From IMG/VR virus record IMGVR_UViG_2061766007_000520: DNA of 64,000 bases; one strand, 5' to 3'. Below, one piece after another: positions 21,357 through 29,841 of the stretch (within the stretch, counting starts at the first letter, position 1; each line of letters opens with the position of its first letter). The stretch is from an uncultured virus (IMG/VR IMGVR_UViG_2061766007_000520). Lineage: Duplodnaviria; Heunggongvirae; Uroviricota; Caudoviricetes. Made by a program: the position numbers and the translations under genes. The notes beneath the pieces are model-generated. The model made no database searches and was not told the origin of the DNA. It worked only from the letters and a program-made list of their open reading frames with translations.

Positions 21357-21820
21357 CTTTGATAGAGAAACTGATACCTGAGGGTATTCCATGTGACACT
21401 AAGCAGAAGTTTGATAAAGGTCAGCCCAGCGTAGTTACGATACACTGGGTCGGTCCTTATCCCGGACAGACACCTGACATGGTGCGTGACTGGTGGATTA
21501 AGTCAGGCGGCGAGGCATCAGCGCACTACATCATCAAAGATGACATGTGCATGAAGTGCTGGCCTGATGACAAGGTAGCACGGCACGCCGGATGCAGGGC
21601 AGGCAATACTACCAGTATCGGTATCGAGGTTATCCCGCAGGATATTGACGGAAGATTCAGCAAGCAGAGCATTAAAACGCTCAGGGCTTTGCTGAAGAAA
21701 CTCAATAAGAAAACAGTGGTAAGGCACTTTGATTGGACTGGCAAAGACTGTCCTAAGTTCTATTGCAACAGCAACGAGTGGAAAGCACTGCTCAAAAAGT
21801 TGGGGGTAAAATATGAGTAG
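21353..21820 (+). CDS. Endolysin, N-acetylmuramoyl-L-alanine amidase (Amidase_2)
   Basis: VTIHW, ASAHYII, ARHAG, NTTSIGIEV and RHFDWTGKDCP zinc-amidase motifs. Confidence 0.9.
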   Translation: MTLIEKLIPEGIPCDTKQKFDKGQPSVVTIHWVGPYPGQTPDMVRDWWIKSGGEASAHYIIKDDMCMKCWPDDKVARHAGCRAGNTTSIGIEVIPQDIDGRFSKQSIKTLRALLKKLNKKTVVRHFDWTGKDCPKFYCNSNEWKALLKKLGVKYE

Positions 21821-22745
21821 TCCTGATGACAGGCTGATATTTACAAGGGGCAACTTGCAGGCTCTTATTAACAAGATAGCTACCCTTAGTATAGAGGATA
21901 TAGGCATCAATTTTCACAATATACCACGGACTACGCCAAAGGACTTGTCACCTTATGTCGCGGACGGAACGCTATGGAAACGTATCGCCGGCACGGACGG
22001 CTTCTCCTTGTTCGAGGATATTTTTGTGGGTGACTACATACACATGAGCCGTGCCATAAGTGCATACGAGCGCACAGGGCAGTATCAGGAAACAGGCTCA
22101 GAGTACGTCACAATAGCCGACCTTGACGGAGCGTGGGGACGTGGCGAGACTGGCAACGAAATCAACTATCATCACTTAATCATGGTGCCGGGCAAAGGAC
22201 TCGACCCCACGGAGAAACAGCACTTCGGACGAAGCCGTATGAACTCCACTGATACTGCCACTGGCGGATACGTTGGAAGCGAAATGCACACGACTACCAT
22301 AGGAGCAGTGACAAGCTCAGGAAGCACAGGCTCACAGGCGACAATCAACCAACAGCTCTATGCGGAGTTCGGCAGTCACCTTAGGACAGTAAGTGAGTTA
22401 CTTACCAACAGTATCAATGCGTCAGGCTACAACAGGATAGGCAGTGCGACAGGTTGTACTAACAACTGGGGTTGGTTCAACGTTCAGGCTGTACTTATGA
22501 GCGAGGTGGAAGTCTACGGCTCTATAGCATGGGGCTCATCGGGCCATGACACAGGCACGGCAGTCCGGCAGCTCGCCTTGTTCCAGCAGAGCGAGGTTGC
22601 ACGTAATAACAGGAGTGCATATTATTGGTTGAAGGACGTTGCTTCTGCGACTGATTTCTGCTATGCCGGTAGCCTTGGTACTGCCCACTTAGGTGGAGCG
22701 GGCCGTGCGCACGGATATGTCCGTCCCCGCTTCATACTTGCTTAG
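21813..22745 (+). CDS. C-type-lectin-fold (DUF6273-like) receptor-binding candidate with a DGR-type variable C-terminus
   Basis: DIFVGDY, HHLIMVP, MN…T.GGYVGSEM, LMSEVEVYG, QLALF and YWLKDVAS…VRPRFIL motifs. Confidence 0.7.
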   Translation: MSSPDDRLIFTRGNLQALINKIATLSIEDIGINFHNIPRTTPKDLSPYVADGTLWKRIAGTDGFSLFEDIFVGDYIHMSRAISAYERTGQYQETGSEYVTIADLDGAWGRGETGNEINYHHLIMVPGKGLDPTEKQHFGRSRMNSTDTATGGYVGSEMHTTTIGAVTSSGSTGSQATINQQLYAEFGSHLRTVSELLTNSINASGYNRIGSATGCTNNWGWFNVQAVLMSEVEVYGSIAWGSSGHDTGTAVRQLALFQQSEVARNNRSAYYWLKDVASATDFCYAGSLGTAHLGGAGRAHGYVRPRFILA

Positions 22746-22747
22746 CA

Positions 22748-22777
22748 TAAAAGGCTACCAGTTACGGTAGCCTTTTA
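22748..22777. terminator. Bidirectional intrinsic terminator between the convergent arms
   Basis: TAAAAGGCTACC-agttac-GGTAGCCTTTTA perfect inverted repeat. Confidence 0.8.
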
Positions 22778-22907
22778 TCAGTGTACTACATGGTGTAGTA
22801 CTTTAGTTATGTAAATCTTTCCGAAAAGTTTCTTTGCATATGCAACAGTGTACCCACCATTATAGTAATCTATGCCCACTTCTGCTTTTTTGAACAGCAG
22901 CAGAAAC

Positions 22908-23561
22908 TTAACTATACTTTGCTTTAAGCCTGACAAAATCTTCGTATGTAATCTCGACATCTTTATCTCCTGTGTAATCAAAGTACCTGTTTATGTTGAC
23001 CTTCTCTCCGTCAGGGCAGTCAACTTCAAGTACACCCATGCCGTAAATCGTTCCGTCTTTTGCTACTTCCACAACATGCACGATGTAAGCGGGTGCTTTG
23101 CTCGGATAGTAAGGCATCAGGACAGGAAACATCTCATTTATTATCCTATTCACAACACCGCTATGAAACCTGTTGGACGTGTCCTCGGCATCAACGCATA
23201 CAACACGGTTATTGTCACTGTACCATACCTTTCCGTCTTTTTCCACATGCTTGAAAAGACCTGACATCCTGACGCACTGGTATTCAGCACAGCCGTCTTT
23301 GCTGCCGTCACTTATCATGCCCCAGTTCTCAGGAACATCCTCGATAGGCGTAATCGGAAGCTCGTCAAGCAGACGCTTCAGTATCACTTTTGTCACGCCA
23401 AAAGAAAACCCTGAGTGTTTGTCCCCCATAAGCGACTTGTACGCTTTCAATGCGCTCTGATAGCAGGCACATCCGTAATCAAACGACTTGCCGTCCCAAT
23501 CAGGATTCTCACGCTTGCATGCAATCCTTACCTCATTCTCTGCCCATTCTGTCATTGACAT
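22908..23561 (-). CDS. Conserved phage hypothetical protein
   Basis: 217 aa with RBS; WAENEVRIAC, HSGFS and YQCVRMSGLFK motifs recur in phage proteins. Confidence 0.6.
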   Translation of the reverse strand: MSMTEWAENEVRIACKRENPDWDGKSFDYGCACYQSALKAYKSLMGDKHSGFSFGVTKVILKRLLDELPITPIEDVPENWGMISDGSKDGCAEYQCVRMSGLFKHVEKDGKVWYSDNNRVVCVDAEDTSNRFHSGVVNRIINEMFPVLMPYYPSKAPAYIVHVVEVAKDGTIYGMGVLEVDCPDGEKVNINRYFDYTGDKDVEITYEDFVRLKAKYS

Positions 23562-23958
23562 TAAAATCCTCCTGTTATTTGTTTTCTTTGATTCTGTCTA
23601 GCACTGCCTTTAACGAGCAGCCAAAACAACTGATGAGCTGCTTTGAAGGCACCGGACATTTTTGCTGCGGATAATAAATACATGTGACGATTACTGGCAT
23701 ATCCAGTCACCTTCTGCCTGCATTTTCTCTATAGCATCGCTGTGCTCTTTCTGCTTGATAAGGGCACTGAGCGTAGCTACACAACTTTCTAACGTGATAT
23801 TTTTGAGGCAGTCAGGACACAGGAACACGCTTCCTTTGCCGCAGTCCGAGTATGTTCCGTGGCTGTTTGCTCTTTTCCGCATCAGGAACACGCCATAGCA
23901 CTCGTCAGTAAGCCGTTTTCCATGCTCACCGAACAACGGCGTTTTGCATATCAGGCAG

Positions 23959-24678
23959 CTATCTTGCGTCATCATAGAAAAGAAGCTCCTTTGCATAAGG
24001 CAGTGATTCTGCCCACTCAATGAATAATTTGCTCCACTCGGTAAGTTTGTGGTCCCTGCGCTCTCTAATCATCTTGAGCACGTTCTCGTAGCTCATCGTG
24101 ACCGTCCGCTTCTGAAGCCAGCTTTCGGGAAGCAGCCTGACAAGCTCTTTCCAGTAGGCTTTGTTTTTGGTAGAAAGATACATTTTGCGCAAAAACTCAA
24201 GCTTCTCAATTACTCTGTTCCAAAACCAGATATTATTACTTTTTTCATCTACTGGAAGTTCCTGAAAATCATCCATCTCAAAGCACTCAAGCGTTATCGG
24301 AGTTGAGGCAAGCTTGTGCATGGTAGAGCAGGAATTGCTTACGGTGCCAACTTTATATGTATCAAGTTCCTTGAGTACGTAAAGTGGAGCTGTGATGTCC
24401 ACAGCTACAAAAATCTGCCTGAGAAACTTTCTGTGCTCTGAGCCTGCTTTAATAAGCTTCTGGGCAAGAGCAAGGTCATTTTGCCCTACGACATACTGAC
24501 GTAAGGCACAATAAGCTTTAGGATTACCGTCACAATCTTTGCATAACCCTTCTATAGCTCCATCATAGCAACCGTAGCCGCTGTCTGACTTGCCCCAGCT
24601 CTCAAGCGGATTTCGCATGCCTCTAAGGGCGTGCTCGAAACCCCACACTTCGGTATGCTCGAACTTCATTTTGCGCAC
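23959..24678 (-). CDS. ThyX-like (flavin-dependent thymidylate synthase fold) phage protein
   Basis: GFEHALRGMRNP, EHRKFLRQI, ITAPLY..KELDTYKVGT..NSCSTMHK and LLPESWLQKRT motifs. Confidence 0.6.
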   Translation of the reverse strand: MRKMKFEHTEVWGFEHALRGMRNPLESWGKSDSGYGCYDGAIEGLCKDCDGNPKAYCALRQYVVGQNDLALAQKLIKAGSEHRKFLRQIFVAVDITAPLYVLKELDTYKVGTVSNSCSTMHKLASTPITLECFEMDDFQELPVDEKSNNIWFWNRVIEKLEFLRKMYLSTKNKAYWKELVRLLPESWLQKRTVTMSYENVLKMIRERRDHKLTEWSKLFIEWAESLPYAKELLFYDDAR

Positions 24679-24889
24679 CTCACAAGCTCGTCAAGATATT
24701 TCTTTACCTCAACAAGCAGACCGCATTTCAGCCTCATGTCCTGCTCCTTGTCTGCCTTTCTCTCAAGCCTGCTTATTTTTCTGGTAAGCTGCCACTTGTA
24801 GAGCTTGGACTTATATTTCCTGTTGAGCCTCAGCTGCTTTCTGACGCTCTCTTTTGTCACGCCTTCTGTTTCCCATGACGTGGTCATCC

Positions 24890-25102
24890 TTACTCTTTCC
24901 ATTTTATGTGCTCCTCTATTCTAGCCAATATACGAAGTATGACATACGCCGTTACGCCGATACAAAGCGGAATCCATAAAGGGCTTGTCACCCACCACCA
25001 TGACCATTCAATAACTTTGCACAGTTTCAGAACAAGGAAAACTATGAAAAGTAACCCGCAAAACGAAGTACCGAAGCTTCCGTTTCCGTTGTCTTTACTC
25101 AT
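24890..25102 (-). CDS. Small membrane protein
   Basis: LFIVFLVLKLCKVIEWSWWWVTSPLWIP motif. Confidence 0.6.
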   Translation of the reverse strand: MSKDNGNGSFGTSFCGLLFIVFLVLKLCKVIEWSWWWVTSPLWIPLCIGVTAYVILRILARIEEHIKWKE

Positions 25103-25104
25103 TT

Positions 25105-27154
25105 CTACGCTCCTTTCTTTCCCCACCAGCAATCAGCCTGCCGGTTGAATATTCCTTTCTGCATGTCTTCCCAAATGTCACCTGACCAGTAACCCCAGTT
25201 AGGACCGAGTTCACATGCAGCCTTCATAGGCACTTTAAGTTTGTCATGGAACGACATATCCATGATATGCTTCAGCTCACCGTTTGCCTCCGCTCCTATC
25301 TTGTTATAGGGCACTGAAACGACATTTTCATCGTGCACGGTAAGGTGCATCTTGAGCACGTCAAACACACCTGCTTCCCATGCCTCAAGCAGCGCGAACT
25401 TCAGTATGTCGGCCGCAGAACCCTGAATGAGTTTGTTGAGCATTTTATATATGAACGTCTGCATCTTGCCGGTCGCCGGGTCGTAGACAGGCTTGGGCTT
25501 GTGCTGATAGCGNNNNNNNNNNGGACGCATAAAGAAGACATCATCGGCGTGGCAAAGGATAAAGGCCATCCAATCAAGCGCAGCGATGACCTGTGGAAGC
25601 ATTCTCTTTTCCTGTGGGAAGAGTGGCGCGAGTTCCGTGAGAAGATGATTGAGTACAACCTGCAGGACTGCCGGGCTACGTACAACCTGTACTTCGCTCA
25701 GGAGCCGCGCATGCAGAAAGTTTACAACGCCTACATGGTCGATGTTAAGCTTACCCCTCTTATCATCCAGATGAAGAAGCAGGGAGTGCTCATCGACCAA
25801 GACAAGATGCGTAAGCTTACCGACACGATTCAGGCTGACCTTGACGAGAAGATGAGGACGCTCACGGATATGTACGGCATCAATCTTGCGGTCATGTCAT
25901 CCCCGAAGCAGCTCGGAGCACGCCTTAATGAGATGGGCATACACTCTCCTGTAAGGACGGCAACAGGAGCGGAGTCATGGGGCAAAGACGCCATGGAGCG
26001 TCTGATGCACTATCCTGTGATACCGCTGCTCGTGGAGGCAAGGGGGTACAACAAGCTTTTGGGCACATACATGCACGGCGGCATGGCAAAAGGCATCCTG
26101 TCAGACGGGCGCATACACTGTACATTCTCACCCAACAAGCGTGAGGACAGCGGAACGGTCACAGGAAGGCTGTCGTGCCTGAAGCCAAACCTCCAGCAGA
26201 TTCCGGCGCGTGACAAGGCTGTGGGGCACTCCTACGGTCAGGCTATGCGCGAGCTGTTCCTTCCGGAATATGACTGCATGATGTCGGCCCTTGACTACTC
26301 GCAGATTGAGTACCTGCTCTTAGGCCACTTCGCTCAGGGTCAGCAGGCTGCATGGTTCCGCGAGCAGGCAAACAGCGGCGTAGACTTCCATACAGTTGCT
26401 ATGAAAGCGACAGGCATCCCCTCGCGTCCGGTCGTTAAGACGTTCAACTACGGCGTAATATACGGCATGGGGTGGCGCAAGGCCATGGCGAGCAACTACG
26501 TGCTTTTTGAGAAACTGGCCGCCGAGCATGGCGTCACAATCGAGGATTACACTCAGCAGATATACAATGACTATCATGCACGCCTGCCTGTCATACGTGA
26601 TACCATGAACATCGTGAACAGGACCGCCGAGCTTCAGGGCTATGTTATGACGATAGGCGGCCGCTATCAGCACAAGCCCNNNNNNNNNNNNNNNNNNNNN
26701 NNNNNNNNNNNNNNNNNNNNNNNNNNNNNNNNNNNNNNNNNNNNTCATACCATGCTTCGATTGTGTCCGCTTTGTTCTTTCCCTTTATCTTGAAGAACTT
26801 ACAGCAGGCATCAAGGTTAAGCTCCGCGTACTCGTCAATGTAGGTCATGCGTGTCATCGTGTCATGGCAGAGGCCCTGTACGTGTACATTGTAACGGCAC
26901 ACTAGCCAAGTGAGGTCATATACACCGTTATGAAACACCTTGTCAACGGAGCCGTCTGCCATGACAGCAAGGAACTCGCTCCACTCCTGCGTTCCGGGAA
27001 TGTACGCCTTGGCATACTCACCGTCATACGTGCCTACGCAGAGCATGACAGAGCCGTCATTGTCCGCTGTGGCGGGGTCACGGCAGGAACCGTCACCCAA
27101 GTCTTTAAGATTAGGGTCGAATGTCTCAATATCTACTGCTATCAGGCGGGCCAT
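25105..27154 (-). CDS. polA: Family A DNA polymerase with 3'-5' exonuclease; middle block 25523-26679 is assembled in the opposite orientation
   Basis: Exonuclease motifs VDIET and FHNGVYD (26745-27154, minus). TVTGRLS, PNLQQIP, DYSQIE and KTFNYGVIYG (25523-26679, plus). NKLIQGSAAD and TVHDE (25105-25512, minus). Confidence 0.9.
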
Positions 27155-27157
27155 TGC

Positions 27158-27445
27158 TTACTCCGGGTCGTAGTGGTGGGAATCGAGCATAAGCTCAAGC
27201 TTCTCATGTGCGGGACGTGTGCACAGGATAAGGTTGTCAATGTCATTGTTCATCCTGTCGCCGTCTATATGGTGTATCGCGAACTTGTCAGGAATCTTGT
27301 CAGGGTCAATGCCGAGTGCATCAGCCATAACCTTGCGGTAATATTCGATATAGCGTCCGTTGTGCCAGACACGCTCTGAATCATGGCCGTCACTTATCGG
27401 TGCCTGACCTTTCTCAAGGATTGCTTCGGTAATTTCTTTTTTCAT
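27158..27445 (-). CDS. HNH endonuclease (HNH_3-like)
   Basis: IHHIDGDRMNNDIDNLILCTRPAH; GGAGG RBS before the ATG at 27445. Confidence 0.8.
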   Translation of the reverse strand: MKKEITEAILEKGQAPISDGHDSERVWHNGRYIEYYRKVMADALGIDPDKIPDKFAIHHIDGDRMNNDIDNLILCTRPAHEKLELMLDSHHYDPE

Positions 27446-27628
27446 GCTGTACCTCCAGTAAAGAAAAGAATCGCAGGCAGCACGAATCCGGAGAGTGTAG
27501 ATATGTGATTTTAGCTGACACGGCAATGTCAGCGTGCTGCCTACTCGCTTTCGCTTGCATGCCCCGGTGGCATGCGACCGCCCATCACAATTTAGTATAG
27601 GAGAGAAATCTTATGGGNNNNNNNNNNT

Positions 27629-27707
27629 CGGGAGTAGCAGGAATCGAACCTGCCTTGTTTCTGCCTTACTAGCATCAGCAGCCGCATTACCACTTTGCTA
27701 TGCTCCC
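27629..27707 (-). tRNA. tRNA-like RNA with a non-canonical anticodon arm
   Basis: Acceptor stem GGGAGCA/TACTCCC, D-arm GCA-AAGTGGTAA-TGC, T-arm GCAGG-TTCGATT-CCTGC; the anticodon arm has a 13-nt loop. Confidence 0.6.
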
Positions 27708-27732
27708 AAGCACCGGCTGCCCGGTGCAAAAA

Positions 27733-28110
27733 TCAGAACGGAATATCATCAGGATATTCAGTCGGGGAATCATCCTGTGACTGCTGTGCCTGCGGCTTTG
27801 AGCCTACGAAGTTTATCTCATTGGTGTTCACCACAAACTCAACATAGTGCTGGCCTTCGCGCGTATCATACTCATTGCGCTCAGGAATACCGTCACAACT
27901 TATGGCAGTGCCTTTTTTAAGGTACTGCACAATCTTGTCACCCCTCTCACCCCACATCTGTACCTTGACGAACATGGTCTTCTTATACTCGCCATATCCT
28001 GTGTTGATTGCTACGTTCGCGTTGAGCACCTTTTTGCCTGTTGCCAACGTGCGCACAGCAGCATCCTGTGTAAGCCTTCCGGTAAAAATAAAATGACTCA
28101 AATCAGCCAT
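27733..28110 (-). CDS. ssb: Single-stranded DNA-binding protein
   Basis: TGRLTQDA, YLKKG and the acidic C-terminus DDIPF. Confidence 0.9.
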   Translation of the reverse strand: MADLSHFIFTGRLTQDAAVRTLATGKKVLNANVAINTGYGEYKKTMFVKVQMWGERGDKIVQYLKKGTAISCDGIPERNEYDTREGQHYVEFVVNTNEINFVGSKPQAQQSQDDSPTEYPDDIPF

Positions 28111-28393
28111 TGCTTTTCTCCTTATCAAAGTAGAGCAGGAACATTACGTTAGCCGCCGCATGAGCAAGGTGCGGAAGCTTTGATTCTGAGTCAATCTTCT
28201 CACCCTTACGCCATGCGTTAAGATGCCTTCTCAGAGCGGCATAGTACCTGTTCACCGGGTCATCGACCTTTTTCCAGTTGTCAGGCTCATATTTCTCCGC
28301 GCCATAAGTAAGCACCTGTGCTACATGTTCCTCAAACTCAGGGTCAAGCAAGTCAAACCTGAGCTTTCCGCTGTCTGCTTTTGTTCCTGTCAT
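28103..28393 (-). CDS. dATP/dGTP diphosphohydrolase domain protein (DUF5664-like)
   Basis: KADSGKLRFDLL, VLTYGAEKY..DNW, RYYAALRRHL and DSESKLPHLAHAAANVMFL. Confidence 0.8.
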   Translation of the reverse strand: MTGTKADSGKLRFDLLDPEFEEHVAQVLTYGAEKYEPDNWKKVDDPVNRYYAALRRHLNAWRKGEKIDSESKLPHLAHAAANVMFLLYFDKEKSNG

Positions 28394-28433
28394 TGATTGC
28401 TCCGTAACAGGGGGCTTATGCCCCCTGAATCAG

Positions 28434-29213
28434 CTATTCTGCTGAACCGTCATCTTCCGGCTCGTCAAGAGCACCGGACGTAATCTGCAGTACAGTCTGC
28501 TTGGTGTAGGCAAGCTGCTTCTGTACGTGCAACTCAAAGAGGTCCTTTGTTACGATGCTGTCACGGATAGCCTTTACGAACTTCGCAATCTGTTTTGAAG
28601 GCTGCTGTGGGTTCGGAACAAGCTCGGACACAAGGTTCCACTGGAAACCGAAGATAGGTGCCTGAACACCGTTCGGGAGCAGCTGACCTTTAAGCTGACT
28701 GTTCCATGCTTTAGCTGTGCGCATGCCGCCGACTGTCGGGTTAAGCCAGAGCACGCCGTCTTCTGGATAATCAGGAAGAGCAACTGCATACACGAAAAGC
28801 TCCTGTACTTCATTGCCTGTTTCCGGATTGTACATCTTCGGATAACCGCGCTTGCCTTTAGGCGGCTGACGAATCTCGACCTCGATACCGTTTACAGGGT
28901 ATCTGCCGACTGTTCTGAAAGGCGGCTCTGCCTCACGTTCTGACCAGATTGTGCGGAAAGCAAGCGGAATAACCTTGACTACGTTGCCGTAGTTACGACC
29001 TGTGGCTGAATTACGCCATGTTCCCGCAGGATTCTCGTCATCCTGTGCCTGTGAGTCCGGCTGAACAAGTCCCAAGAACGGCATGTTGGTTGCGTTGGCA
29101 CCCATGTCCTCAAAGCCTTCTCCGGCCATCCCTTCCATGAAGCTCATGTCTTCTGTCACGAGTTCCTGTGTCTGTTTCTTTGCAGCTGCATTAGCTGTTT
29201 TTGCTGTAGCCAT
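28434..29213 (-). CDS. Phage replication-module protein (possible ssDNA-binding/annealing)
   Basis: GGAGG RBS; GEGFEDMG…MPFLGLVQ N-terminus and an acidic C-terminus. Confidence 0.45.
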   Translation of the reverse strand: MATAKTANAAAKKQTQELVTEDMSFMEGMAGEGFEDMGANATNMPFLGLVQPDSQAQDDENPAGTWRNSATGRNYGNVVKVIPLAFRTIWSEREAEPPFRTVGRYPVNGIEVEIRQPPKGKRGYPKMYNPETGNEVQELFVYAVALPDYPEDGVLWLNPTVGGMRTAKAWNSQLKGQLLPNGVQAPIFGFQWNLVSELVPNPQQPSKQIAKFVKAIRDSIVTKDLFELHVQKQLAYTKQTVLQITSGALDEPEDDGSAE

Positions 29214-29261
29214 ATCTGCTACCTCCTTAAATATGTTACCAGCATTGCTGCTGATGTTTAC

Positions 29262-29303
29262 AGTATACACATAATTGCCGCTGAAAACAATTATCAGGTG
29301 ACA
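29262..29303 (-). promoter_or_regulatory. Middle-type promoter with an upstream TGTCACCTGATA box
   Basis: Box, 1 nt, TTGTTT, 17 nt, TATACT. Confidence 0.6.
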
Positions 29304-29307
29304 CTTG

Positions 29308-29841
29308 CTAGATATACTTGGAAACCTTGCGCTTGACCGTAATCACCACCTTGTCTTTGGCAAGGCCCATCATTTCAGGCGTGGTGAGGTATACCCACCG
29401 TCCCAAGCCGCGCACGCCCGTGATTACGTCCGTAGGCACAAAAGCAATGAACGAGCCGTGATGAAAGGTAGAGGGCAGATTGCTCTTCTCTATAATGGTG
29501 AACTCATCAATGGTGAACCTGTTGTTCATGCATACCTTGCTCGTCATTTCCAGTACGCCGCCTTGCAGATAGGCTATGTTGAGGTATGACATAAGCACGA
29601 ACGGAAATACCTGTATGTGCTTTATCGGGGAGCGGGCAGGCGTATTCGTCACACGGTACATAAGCCCTTCCGGTGCTCCGTCCACAGGAAACACGCCTGT
29701 GCTGTAGATGTCAACGTCCTCGATATTCTTCCAGAACTCGCGTACTGCCGGGATATATGGTGCAAGTTTCGCGTTAAGCACGAACTCCCATTCGCTTACA
29801 CTAGTCACTGCCATTGTCATCTTCCTCCTGCTGTCTGTCAT
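29308..29841 (-). CDS. Hypothetical protein
   Basis: ORF of about 170 aa with RBS. Confidence 0.55.
   Translation of the reverse strand: MTDSRRKMTMAVTSVSEWEFVLNAKLAPYIPAVREFWKNIEDVDIYSTGVFPVDGAPEGLMYRVTNTPARSPIKHIQVFPFVLMSYLNIAYLQGGVLEMTSKVCMNNRFTIDEFTIIEKSNLPSTFHHGSFIAFVPTDVITGVRGLGRWVYLTTPEMMGLAKDKVVITVKRKVSKYI

Noticed and set aside
27158..27600. Group I intron or IscB/OMEGA-like element at HNH plus structured RNA
   Set aside because: The HNH ORF is only about 95 aa with no RuvC motifs, lies upstream of polA rather than inside it, and no intron core was recognised.
27629..27707. Amber suppressor tRNA with TAG recoding of the genome
   Set aside because: Genes are intact in the standard code, many end in TAG directly before the next RBS, and the anticodon loop is non-canonical.
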